From: an uncultured Nitrospiraceae bacterium
GTDB lineage: Bacteria; Nitrospirota; Thermodesulfovibrionia; Thermodesulfovibrionales; Dissulfurispiraceae
Direction of reading: 5' to 3'
Assembly (NCBI GenBank): GCA_963705105.1
Contig: CAVPIW010000005.1
Coordinates: forward strand, 64,001 to 128,000
DNA: 64,000 nucleotides
Below are positions 10,743 to 19,366 of this stretch, piece by piece (the first letter of the stretch is position 1; each line of letters begins with the position of its first letter). The notes beneath the pieces are model-generated. The model searched no databases. It saw only the letters and a list, made by a program, of their open reading frames with translations, and was not told the DNA's origin. Position numbers and translations under genes: made by a program.

Positions 10743-11867
10743 TCACGCCCATTGAATTTCTATCGTGTTGTCTTCGTTTATCGCCGCCCCTGTTCCGAAT
10801 CGCCCGCCTTCCCTGTCCAGAAGGTCCCTGAGCCAGAGGGCGTCTTTGCGTGACGCGCGGGTGATCCGGAAACGTTTCATCTGCGTCGGCGTCATTCCGA
10901 GCCTCAGCAGTTTGCCGGTCGATGGGTCGATCGCGGCAAAGTACATGAGGCCGAGGTCGCTCCGAAACGCCTCGTAGCCGCTTATGCCTTCGTAGTCCGT
11001 GAGCAGGTCTCCGCACCCGTACAGGACGAGTTTCCCCCTGTACACCTCTATGCCCTTCACATGGTGTGACGAATGACCGTGAACGACATCGATGCCTGCT
11101 TCGTCGATGATCCTGTGTGCGAACTCGACATGTTCACGGGGGATTTCATAGTCCCAGTTGCCACCCCAGTGAACGGAAAAGACGACGACGTCACCAGGAT
11201 GCTTTATCTTCGTCACCTGCCCTTCGATCAAAGGTACCGTGTCTCTGGAAAGGTACTGCAGCAGGTTGACACCCGGCCTCGTCCCCGTGGCGGCCCAGCT
11301 TCGCGGTATGCCGCTCGTCGGCGATCCGAAAGAAAAGACGATCACCCTGCCTTTGCCGGAGAGGTCGACCACTGCGGGAGCGGCGGCATCTTTGAGGGTT
11401 TTTCCAGCCCCCGCAGTCTTCAGGCCTGCCTCTTTCAGCGTTTCGACGGTCTCTGCCAGGCCCTTTTCACCCCAGTCAAGAACGTGGTTGTTTGCGAGCA
11501 CACAGACATCAATCCCGGCTGCCGTCATTGCAGGGATGTTTGCGGGACTCATCCTGTAATTTATCCCCTTGTCCGAATAGTCTTCGCTCGTCGTCACCGC
11601 GGTTTCGAGATTGATTATCCTGACATCAGGCTTCATCCTCCCGAATTCATCGAGGGCGTCACCCCAGATGTAGGAGAAATCGACCGGCTTGGGTATGGGG
11701 CCGTTCACCTCTTCCGCGAGATCCACGTAACCGCCGGCGCTTCTCATGTACCATTCATGAATGACGGGGTTGCCGGGATGGGGTAGCACCTGATCAATCC
11801 CCCTGCCCGTCATGACGTCGCCGCACATGAAGAGGGTGATGTGCCTCGGTTTCTCGGGGTCCGCCAC
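10743..11867 (-). CDS. CapA family metallophosphoesterase-like protein
   Basis: GDVMTGR, INLET, LANNHVLDWG, HWG and HGHSSHH motifs. Confidence 0.88.
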   Translation of the reverse strand: MADPEKPRHITLFMCGDVMTGRGIDQVLPHPGNPVIHEWYMRSAGGYVDLAEEVNGPIPKPVDFSYIWGDALDEFGRMKPDVRIINLETAVTTSEDYSDKGINYRMSPANIPAMTAAGIDVCVLANNHVLDWGEKGLAETVETLKEAGLKTAGAGKTLKDAAAPAVVDLSGKGRVIVFSFGSPTSGIPRSWAATGTRPGVNLLQYLSRDTVPLIEGQVTKIKHPGDVVVFSVHWGGNWDYEIPREHVEFAHRIIDEAGIDVVHGHSSHHVKGIEVYRGKLVLYGCGDLLTDYEGISGYEAFRSDLGLMYFAAIDPSTGKLLRLGMTPTQMKRFRITRASRKDALWLRDLLDREGGRFGTGAAINEDNTIEIQWA

Positions 11868-11923
11868 AGTATATAGCCGCTTGCTTTCATCGCCGAGAAT
11901 GACTTCTGCCTCCTTCCTCCCGG

Positions 11924-14290
11924 TCAGTACTCCCTGTCAACATCCTGAATTGAATATCCTATCGCTTTATAGCCTTTAAGTCTCTTCTCGTACATACGCA
12001 CGAGCATGGAGATATTTGCGTCCACATAGTCGTAAATCCGGACGACCTTCTTGTTATTATGAAGGCGGTGAAGGCGTCCGGCATATTGCTGGAGCGTTCC
12101 CCGCCATGAAATCGGCATGGTCAAAAAGAGTGTGTCCAAACGGGCATCATCAAAGCCCTCGCCTATATACCTACCGGTGGCGATGAGCACCCTTTCTTCC
12201 CCCTCGGGAATCGAGGCCATCCGTTCGGCCAATGCCCTTCGCTGCTTCTTCCCTGCGCCGCCTTTAAGCACAAGGACGTTCCTGGCGAAACCTTTGAGTC
12301 GCTCTGCAAACTCATCAACGTGTTCCGTCCTCTCTGTAAGAAGAAGCGGTGAGCGTCTTTCCTCAAGAACACTAATAAGATCCTTAAAAATAAAGTCATT
12401 TCTTTGTTTATCCCGCATCATTGCCGCATAGACCGGCTGTATGCCGCCCTCGGCCGCGTCGGGCAGCCTGAAAGCCGTACGTCGCGGAATGACCACGTGT
12501 TCAAAGGGCCTTTCAAGTGCCTGACGCCTGTCATCCACCCGAAAGCGGATGGCCCCGCATTGCATTATGATGATGGGATGATGACCATCTTTCCTGATAG
12601 GGGTAGCCGTCAGTCCAATGACATATTTTGCCTTCATCTGCTTTAACACTTGCTCGAAGCTGAAAGCCGAAACATGATGACATTCGTCGACTATTACCTG
12701 ACCATATTCGGCGACAAGGTCTTTGACCACACCCTTATTGTTCAGGCTTTGAATCATCCCCACATCGATAAAACCGGTCCTTTTATCTCGTCCGCCTCCT
12801 ATCCTGCCTATGGAATCCACACTCAAGAATGTCTTCAGCCGCTCATGCCACTGGTCCATAAGGAGCCTTCTGTGAACAAGAACGAGCGTGTTTACCTTTC
12901 GCTCCGCAATAATGCATGCGGCCATTATCGTCTTGCCGAAGGCCGTGGGTGCGCTCAATACACCGATTTCGTGCTTCAAGAGCTCAGAGACTGCTTCCTC
13001 TTGCGTTGGGCGAAGCCGACCATTGAAACCTACCGCAATCGATATCCCCGAAAATCGCTCATCCCTGATATCAGCCCTGATACCGTGACACTTCAAAAGC
13101 TCAAGCACCTCATCGAAACACCCTCGGGGAAGCCCTATGTATCTGTCGAAATCTTCGGCGCAGGATATTATCCTCGGCTTGCCATAAGTCGACAGACGCA
13201 TGGCCTGAGTCTTGTAGAAATCAGGGTTCTGGAAGGCGGCCAGACGTATAAGTTTGTTGATCATGCCTGCAGGCAGGTCTCCTTTTTCGATATAGACCAT
13301 GTTTCCTATAATGACATCGATCTTCTCGGGGAAAGGTCCCTCAATTGTCTTTTCCACCTTTCTCCGCGATGGCGGAAGTGTCCATGGGTCTTCATTTCCG
13401 TCTTCAGTGAGGCTCATTCGGACACCGAGAATTTTCCCCTTACGCTGCGCTTCGTGCACAACGGCCTCAATCTCTTGTTTTGTCATTTTCCTGATGCCGG
13501 AAAGAAAAGCCCACTGATCGGGATAAGGATTGAAATCCTTATCGAGAAAAAGAGTGTTCCCCTTGTCTCTCGGTATTCTTTGGAGCGGAAGAGCGATAAG
13601 ACTGCCAAAACCCCCTTTCGGCATTGTATCCTGACTTGGGAAGAACCTGTCATAAGAATCGAGGCCCAACCCGGGATGTTTTTCCATCGTATATGTCAGG
13701 ATAGACGAACCAAGTTTCCGGGCCAGAACAGCCTGAATAGGGGAATCAAAGAATATCCAGGCATGTCCTCCGTTTCCAGAACGCGAGCTCTCAAACGCCG
13801 CCGGAACACCCATCGCCTCACAGGTCTGAAGAAAAGCCGCAGCGTCCGCCTTCCATGTGGTTTTGTCAAAATCTGAGGCCAGCAACCAGCAGGCTTCATC
13901 AGGAAGGAGGGGATAGACACCGATGGTGTGCTTCCCAGTCAGGTGATCTTGAATGACGTCGTTTGTTACAGGGAGAAGATCCCGGTTTTCGCAATCTGAG
14001 CACTTTATGTTCGGCTTGAGGCAGAGCGGTCGTTTCCACTCGTTAGCGCAGGCAGGAGAATAACCTGTTTTCCCGGTTCTTGCTTCCCATCTTACGGGAT
14101 AAACGTCTTCCCGCCCACGGAAGAGACTGCGAAATAAAGTAATTTTATCGGCCGGCGATAGGATGTGCGTCGGAGGGACGTGAGGCTTCGCGGCCAGTCC
14201 CAAGAGTGACTTAAGCCTTTTGTTTTCTTCTCTGAGACGCGAGCATTCCTCAAGAGCCGTCTTCAGTTGTTTTGCGATGTCATCAGACAC
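11924..14290 (-). CDS. Archaeo-eukaryotic primase (TOTE-type) fused to an SF2 helicase
   Basis: N-terminal FRGREDVY, DFD, SRSGNGGHAW and LIALPLQ; C-terminal APTAFGKT, DECHH, TATP, EGFD and QYAGR. Confidence 0.82.
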   Translation of the reverse strand: MSDDIAKQLKTALEECSRLREENKRLKSLLGLAAKPHVPPTHILSPADKITLFRSLFRGREDVYPVRWEARTGKTGYSPACANEWKRPLCLKPNIKCSDCENRDLLPVTNDVIQDHLTGKHTIGVYPLLPDEACWLLASDFDKTTWKADAAAFLQTCEAMGVPAAFESSRSGNGGHAWIFFDSPIQAVLARKLGSSILTYTMEKHPGLGLDSYDRFFPSQDTMPKGGFGSLIALPLQRIPRDKGNTLFLDKDFNPYPDQWAFLSGIRKMTKQEIEAVVHEAQRKGKILGVRMSLTEDGNEDPWTLPPSRRKVEKTIEGPFPEKIDVIIGNMVYIEKGDLPAGMINKLIRLAAFQNPDFYKTQAMRLSTYGKPRIISCAEDFDRYIGLPRGCFDEVLELLKCHGIRADIRDERFSGISIAVGFNGRLRPTQEEAVSELLKHEIGVLSAPTAFGKTIMAACIIAERKVNTLVLVHRRLLMDQWHERLKTFLSVDSIGRIGGGRDKRTGFIDVGMIQSLNNKGVVKDLVAEYGQVIVDECHHVSAFSFEQVLKQMKAKYVIGLTATPIRKDGHHPIIIMQCGAIRFRVDDRRQALERPFEHVVIPRRTAFRLPDAAEGGIQPVYAAMMRDKQRNDFIFKDLISVLEERRSPLLLTERTEHVDEFAERLKGFARNVLVLKGGAGKKQRRALAERMASIPEGEERVLIATGRYIGEGFDDARLDTLFLTMPISWRGTLQQYAGRLHRLHNNKKVVRIYDYVDANISMLVRMYEKRLKGYKAIGYSIQDVDREY

Positions 14291-14322
14291 AATCGTTTTT
14301 TAAAACACGGGAATTCAAAATG

Positions 14323-14811
14323 CTACTCACCGACCTTGAGGCAAATTTCCCTTACAAACTCTTGCGACAGCCACAGTCCGGCATTTTGAAGCTTAATGAG
14401 GCTCTCCTTTACCGAGCTGATAATTCCTCTTTTCTTCGCAAGAAGGATCACGCCGACAGTACCGGTAAAAAGGCAACCAAGCGTTACAGCGCACTTCCTT
14501 GCCTCACGATCGTCGATAACTGCCCAGTGTTCAGACTGCTTCAACGCACAAGACAGCACAGAGCTCTCGCCGGCGCCAAGATCCCAAGCTATGACGGATG
14601 GCGGGATGACAATATCGGCTTCTACTTTCACACTCTGATGAGCGAGAAAAGGAGCGCAGGCCTGCGCGATATCATCTCTTGCGGTGATCTCTTTGATAAC
14701 TGCGGCGGGCACGACAATGTCGGTGAATAATGCAGGAAGAATTCCTATAAGTCCGCTTTTGCCGAGGCAGATAATTGGAGAAGCATTGACGACAATGCGT
14801 TCAATCCGCAT
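14323..14811 (-). CDS. DUF3368 PIN-like protein
   Basis: IVVNASPII, LGAGE, IDDREAR and GTVGVILLAKKRG. Confidence 0.85.
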   Translation of the reverse strand: MRIERIVVNASPIICLGKSGLIGILPALFTDIVVPAAVIKEITARDDIAQACAPFLAHQSVKVEADIVIPPSVIAWDLGAGESSVLSCALKQSEHWAVIDDREARKCAVTLGCLFTGTVGVILLAKKRGIISSVKESLIKLQNAGLWLSQEFVREICLKVGE

Positions 14812-15058
14812 TACTGAGTTCTTTTTCCACTTCTTCAGCCGAGTATTGGAAAGGTGATACATTAAAACGTGCCAGCGAGAATATGAAATCAGCGCGATTG
14901 AGGCCCGCTATCTCGGCAGCCTTCTCCTGTGACACCATACCCAACTCGTACCACTTGATTGCTGCTGCCAAGCGCAGTTCCTTCGTAAATTCGGTCGGAT
15001 CTTTACGAAGAGCGGAGAATGCGCCTTCAGGCATATCGAGTTTCAATTCAACCGTCAT
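14801..15058 (-). CDS. UPF0175 family antitoxin-like protein
   Basis: AAAIKWYELGMVSQEKAAEIAG; overlaps the DUF3368 gene; GGAGG RBS. Confidence 0.85.
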   Translation of the reverse strand: MTVELKLDMPEGAFSALRKDPTEFTKELRLAAAIKWYELGMVSQEKAAEIAGLNRADFIFSLARFNVSPFQYSAEEVEKELSNAD

Positions 15059-15243
15059 AATTACCTCCCCTAAGGTCCAGCCCTTCTTTACACAGTATAG
15101 CAAAATATCTCAACTCTCAACCTGACCAAACCCTGCTTCTGATCGCCCGAGATTGCATACCCCTTAAGACGGAATCTTGCAGGCAATTATCTTCAAAACC
15201 CGGAACCACTGCCCGCCGTTACGTTCCATAGAAACTTTGCGTC

Positions 15244-15663
15244 TCACAGGTGCACCACCGTGACGCCCTCGACGTTCTTGAAATGCTTCCTGTCAAAGGT
15301 ATGGATCTCGTGCGCTCCCTTTTCCCGGGCGAATGAAGCGATCCAGGCATCCACAAGATCGACTCTCTCGGTCCTGTACCGCTTCAGGGCTGAACGGACG
15401 ATCGCATCATCAGGGACTGTGAGACCGGGGGTATTCAGAATCGACTCGACGAGATCGGCGGTCTCCCCCGCCTCCATCCTATAGAAGCTCTCAAGCACCC
15501 AGACGAGTTCAGCGATGACAACAGAGGGAATTAAAATCTGGACTTCTCCTCTCCCGGCCTTTTTCAGGAGCGCATCAACAACCTGCGCCTTTCGCTCATC
15601 GTCATTGACAAGGTACCTGATGAGCAGGTTTGTGTCGATAACGATCCGTTTCGCCTTATCCAC
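15244..15663 (-). CDS. VapC/PIN toxin
   Basis: IDTNLLIRYL, ELVWVL, DLVDAWI and TFDRK. Confidence 0.88.
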   Translation of the reverse strand: MDKAKRIVIDTNLLIRYLVNDDERKAQVVDALLKKAGRGEVQILIPSVVIAELVWVLESFYRMEAGETADLVESILNTPGLTVPDDAIVRSALKRYRTERVDLVDAWIASFAREKGAHEIHTFDRKHFKNVEGVTVVHL

Positions 15664-15907
15664 TCTGAGCGCTCTTTTTCCCGACGTGTTGTTTTGCCGT
15701 CTTTCTCATTTCTTCGAAGTCAGCACCCCTCTGCCTGTCTTTCAGAACTCCCTTAAAATCCTGAAGTGTCTTCGCCGTCTTCACAACGATTTTCTCGTCT
15801 TCCTTCTCGAAGATTACAATGCTTCCGGTCTCGATGTGGAGCAAGTCCCTCACCTCTTTCGGCAGAGTGATCTGTCCTTTGGATGTAACCTTGGCAAGCG
15901 CTGTCAT
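15656..15907 (-). CDS. AbrB/MazE-family antitoxin
   Basis: KVTSKGQITLPKEVR; overlaps the PIN gene. Confidence 0.88.
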   Translation of the reverse strand: MTALAKVTSKGQITLPKEVRDLLHIETGSIVIFEKEDEKIVVKTAKTLQDFKGVLKDRQRGADFEEMRKTAKQHVGKKSAQSG

Positions 15908-16056
15908 CTCTTCTCCTTACTATATTATATCGCCTTACATATAATTATATGAAAGGCGATTATGAAAGGCAAGCGATTTGACAGGAAGCCCATCTCACCA
16001 CCCCTTCAGTTGTGCAGATGCAATTTTCGGGTGCCGACATTTACGGCATCGGCAAA

Positions 16057-16482
16057 TCAGGGCCCTTTCGGTGCATTCTTCTTCGGATCACTGCCCGGGA
16101 GAATTCCGCCCTCCATCACGTCGCAATCGATGAGGACGATGTCGGGCAGATCAGGGTCGTCTTTGAAGTGATAGTTTATTGCCACCCGGGCATAGCCGAG
16201 GTGTCTCCAGAGACTCCCCTGCCCCCTGTCCACCCATTTCCCGCCTCTCTTCATCTCCTGGTCGGTGCGAAGATTCACGATCTTGTACCGTTTCGTCTTT
16301 CCTGCCGTCTTGCCCCCCAGCACGAGGTTGCAGAGCCTGAAGATTTCCTGACTGAGTCCGCTCACATCCGGACATTCTCTCCGAACGGCATCGGCACAGG
16401 CATGGATCTTTTCGATGATGCCCGTCACAGTGTCTTCAGGATGCTTCTCGTAGGTCCCGTCTGAGTAATTGGGAATGTTCAT
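16057..16482 (-). CDS. Hypothetical protein
   Basis: 141-aa ORF with a GGAGGAG RBS; no recognised motif. Confidence 0.55.
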   Translation of the reverse strand: MNIPNYSDGTYEKHPEDTVTGIIEKIHACADAVRRECPDVSGLSQEIFRLCNLVLGGKTAGKTKRYKIVNLRTDQEMKRGGKWVDRGQGSLWRHLGYARVAINYHFKDDPDLPDIVLIDCDVMEGGILPGSDPKKNAPKGP

Positions 16483-16489
16483 TTCTCCT

Positions 16490-16886
16490 CCATCTCGTTG
16501 CCCCCCCGAAAAAGGCGGGGCTGGGGTGAATGCGCCGGAAACCTTGCTGCGGCGACACCTTCATCGTGACGTAAAACAGGGCATAAGCCGACGGTCGATG
16601 ACACGAAGACGACAACCCCTGACCAAAATATTGTGCAGCCGGACTTTGTGGTGCAGCGATTTTGATATTGGGAAATCTCTTCTCTCTAATTTTATGAAAG
16701 GAAATTGTGAAAGGCAAGCAGGCTTTCGGGGGAAATATAATCCTTCCGTTACAGAAGACGACTTTTTAAGCTGATGGTCGACGACACAAAGAGTGGTCTC
16801 CTGAAAGACGAACCTGACAATGCTCATCGTCGCCTTCAGCAAGGCTTTGAGTCGCGTCGCCCCGCCATTCCATGCAACTGTGAGGG
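16490..16886 (-). repeat. Dispersed inverted-repeat element, long copy E4
   Basis: Minus strand CCCTCACAGTTGCATGGAATGGCGGGGCGACGCG ... GGCGCATTCACCCCAGCCCCGCCTTTT..GCAACGAGATGG. Confidence 0.75.
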
Positions 16887-16947
16887 TACTATATTCATAA
16901 AAGGGGCCTACCCATGCTGTCATGTTGTTTTCTTCTTTCCCGGAACA

Positions 16948-16971
16948 TGGTGTATTATAAGTGTAACACCA
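16948..16971 (+). promoter_or_regulatory. Palindromic operator upstream of the RHH-RelE pair
   Basis: TGGTGT-N12-ACACCA enclosing a TATAAG -10-like hexamer. Confidence 0.45.
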
Positions 16972-16988
16972 TAAAAGTGAGGATCTCT

Positions 16989-17213
16989 ATGCCGACAAAG
17001 AATCCGAGGATTAATGTAGTGCTTGAAAAGCCCCTTTATAAGAACGTTGAGCGCATTGCCAGGAGAGACGGCGTGTCTCTATCCCTGAAGGTGCGGGATC
17101 TCGTGAAGGAAGCCCTTGAGATGGAGGAGGACATCGCCCTCGCATCCATTGCCGGGGAGAGGGAAAAGACCTTCACCAGAAAGAAAGCCCTTTCTCATGA
17201 TGAGGTCTGGTAG
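16989..17213 (+). CDS. RHH-type antitoxin
   Basis: MPTKNPRINVVLE...SLKVRDL...LSHDEVW; overlaps the downstream relE-family gene. Confidence 0.8.
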   Translation: MPTKNPRINVVLEKPLYKNVERIARRDGVSLSLKVRDLVKEALEMEEDIALASIAGEREKTFTRKKALSHDEVW

Positions 17214-17497
17214 TGCCCTTTGAGCTGCGGTACCATCCTGACGTGAAGGATGTTGATATTCCTGCCCTCACTGCCAGCGCACGGGCCCGTATCAAACGGG
17301 CGATCGGGACACGACTGGCTGCCGCGCCGCATCAGTATGGAGAACCTCTCAGAAAGACCCTCAAGGGGTATTGGAAATTGAGGGTGGGTGACTACCGTGT
17401 GGTTTTCAGGATTGCCGGAAACGAAGTATGGATTCTGGGGATCATGGACAGGAAAGAAGTCTATGAAAAGATTGGCACGAGAAAGCCGCAGGGTTGA
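17213..17497 (+). CDS. RelE/ParE family toxin
   Basis: GEPLRKTLKGYWKLRVGDYRVVF...RKEVY. Confidence 0.88.
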   Translation: MPFELRYHPDVKDVDIPALTASARARIKRAIGTRLAAAPHQYGEPLRKTLKGYWKLRVGDYRVVFRIAGNEVWILGIMDRKEVYEKIGTRKPQG

Positions 17498-17644
17498 CGC
17501 AGGAAGAACCCGCCCGGCGGCTCAAGACAAAGAAGACAGCTATCTCACGGATCGAAAACCATGCCGGGGATATCAAGATCTCGACACTGGAGAAAGTGGC
17601 CCATGCCCTCGGAAAACGTCTCGAAGTAAAAATCGCCTGAAACG
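17495..17644 (+). pseudogene. 150-bp duplicate of the 3' half of the HTH antitoxin at 19101-19250
   Basis: 144/150 identical by eye. Confidence 0.85.
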
Positions 17645-17668
17645 GCCATGCCTAAGGTATAATTCACT

Positions 17669-17919
17669 ATGAAGGAGGCAGCGGTTTTTTTGACTGCATC
17701 AAGACCGTGACAAAGAAAGAGCGGGATATATTTCTCTCTGAAGTCATGAAGGACAAAAAACTCAGGGAGGATCTGATAGACATCGCCATCGCTGAGGGCA
17801 GGTCAAAGGACAGAAGCAGGTCATTCAGGGATTTCCTCAAAACGCAGAAATAGGGAATGGCCATATATTCTGTCGGGATCGTTTTAGGCCACCGCAAAGA
17901 AATCTACAGTTCATTATGA
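17669..17919 (+). pseudogene. Decayed antitoxin and collapsed RelE-like toxin
   Basis: MKEAAVFLTA, then a frameshift into KTVTKKERD...EDLIDIAIAE..RSFRDFL*; followed by a 20-codon ORF MAIYSV..GHRKEIYS that keeps only RelE-like ends. Confidence 0.55.
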
Positions 17920-18515
17920 CAAAGAAGTTCGATAACGTATATCAGTTCCGGATAGAACTGCAGGAGATAAAACCTCCCGTTTGGCGGAGAATCCAGGTTC
18001 CTGAGACGTATACCTTTTGGGATTTGCATGTCGCCATTCAGGACTCCATGGGGTGGACGGATTCACACCTGCATGAATTTGCGATCAGGAATCCGAAGAC
18101 CCGGCGTATGATAAACATCGGCTTCCCTGACGAGGATTTCGGACGAAAGGTTTCAAAGGGGTGGAAGAAATTAATAGCTGACTTCTTCAGTCCGCAAAAT
18201 CCGGAAGCCGGATATACCTATGACTTCGGGGATGACTGGCAGCATATCGTAATATTGGAAGCGATCCTGCCCCGGCAGGCGGGCGTCAAATATCCGCTGT
18301 GTTTGGCTGGTGAGCGCTCCTGTCCCCCCGAGGACTGTGGCGGCATTCACGGCTATGAGGATTTCCTTGAGATTATCATGGACCCGAAACATGAGGAGCA
18401 TGATTCGATGCTTGAGTGGGTTGGAGGAGAGTTCAGCCCTGAGCATTTCGATTGCTCCGGGGTCGTATTCGATGACCCGGCTGAAAGGCTGAAGAGCCTG
18501 GATGAAGATTTTTAA
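17916..18515 (+). CDS. Plasmid pRiA4b ORF-3 family protein
   Basis: PPVWRRIQVP, LHVAIQ..GW..SHLHEF, YDFGDDW and CPPEDCGG. Confidence 0.9.
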   Translation: MTKKFDNVYQFRIELQEIKPPVWRRIQVPETYTFWDLHVAIQDSMGWTDSHLHEFAIRNPKTRRMINIGFPDEDFGRKVSKGWKKLIADFFSPQNPEAGYTYDFGDDWQHIVILEAILPRQAGVKYPLCLAGERSCPPEDCGGIHGYEDFLEIIMDPKHEEHDSMLEWVGGEFSPEHFDCSGVVFDDPAERLKSLDEDF

Positions 18516-18582
18516 GATTTTCTGAAGTGTGTAGACTGCCCCTCATGCCTCGCTCTCCTTAGACCTTTATGTGCACTTCCGC

Positions 18583-18617
18583 TTGACAAGGGTTAACGTG
18601 TAGGTTAACATAGTCTC
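18583..18617 (+). promoter_or_regulatory. TA promoter with operator
   Basis: TTGACA followed by two GTTAAC boxes just before the GTG start. Confidence 0.5.
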
Positions 18618-18974
18618 GTGGGCAAAAAAGCAATCTTCTACCGTACCGCTGATGGTAAATGCCCAGTGCGGGACTTTCTTGATTCGCTGCCGGGAAAAGC
18701 GGCGCAGAAAGCAACCTGGGTATTGAATCTGGTTGAGGACCTCGACGTTGTGCCGTCGACGTACTTTAAGAAGCTTGTCAGCACCGAGGAGATCTGGGAG
18801 TGCAGGATTCAGCTTGGCTCTAACGCCTACCGGATATTCTGCTTCTTTGACGGTCATTCCGTCGTAGTACTGACTCACGGATTGATCAAGAAAACCCGGA
18901 AAACGCCGCAGGGGGAGATCGAGAGAGCCGAGGCTTACAGAATGGATTATTTTCAGAGGAAGGTAGAGAAATGA
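18618..18974 (+). CDS. HigB/Gp49-like RelE-family toxin
   Basis: GKCPVRDFLDSL, IWECRI, VVLTHGLIKKTRKTP; toxin-first gene order. Confidence 0.88.
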   Translation: MGKKAIFYRTADGKCPVRDFLDSLPGKAAQKATWVLNLVEDLDVVPSTYFKKLVSTEEIWECRIQLGSNAYRIFCFFDGHSVVVLTHGLIKKTRKTPQGEIERAEAYRMDYFQRKVEK

Positions 18975-19246
18975 GTGACCTTAAGAAATATGTTCAGGAG
19001 AGAAAGAAGAGGGACAGGGCCTTTGCCGAAGGGTATGACGAGGGCTACGAGCAGTTCAAGATCGGTGCGGTACTGAAGCAGGCCCGGGAGCAAGCAGGCC
19101 TGACCCAGGAAGAACTCGCCCGGCGGCTCAAGACGAAGAAGACAGCTATCTCACGGATCGAAAATCATGCCGAGGATATCAAAATCTCGACACTGGAGAA
19201 AGTGGCCCATGCCCTCGGAAAACGTCTCGAAGTAAAAATCGCCTGA
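18971..19246 (+). CDS. HigA-like Xre HTH antitoxin
   Basis: AREQAGLTQEELARRLKTKKTAISRIEN. Confidence 0.88.
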   Translation: MSDLKKYVQERKKRDRAFAEGYDEGYEQFKIGAVLKQAREQAGLTQEELARRLKTKKTAISRIENHAEDIKISTLEKVAHALGKRLEVKIA

Positions 19247-19366
19247 AACGACGCCGATAAGGAGTGTCACGCGGCTGGAAAACGCCCAATTCAATAGGCC
19301 TTTGGGTCTTGACATTAAGTATAATCCAAATTATACTAATCGTGATTATACTCTTTTAGGGGCGGG

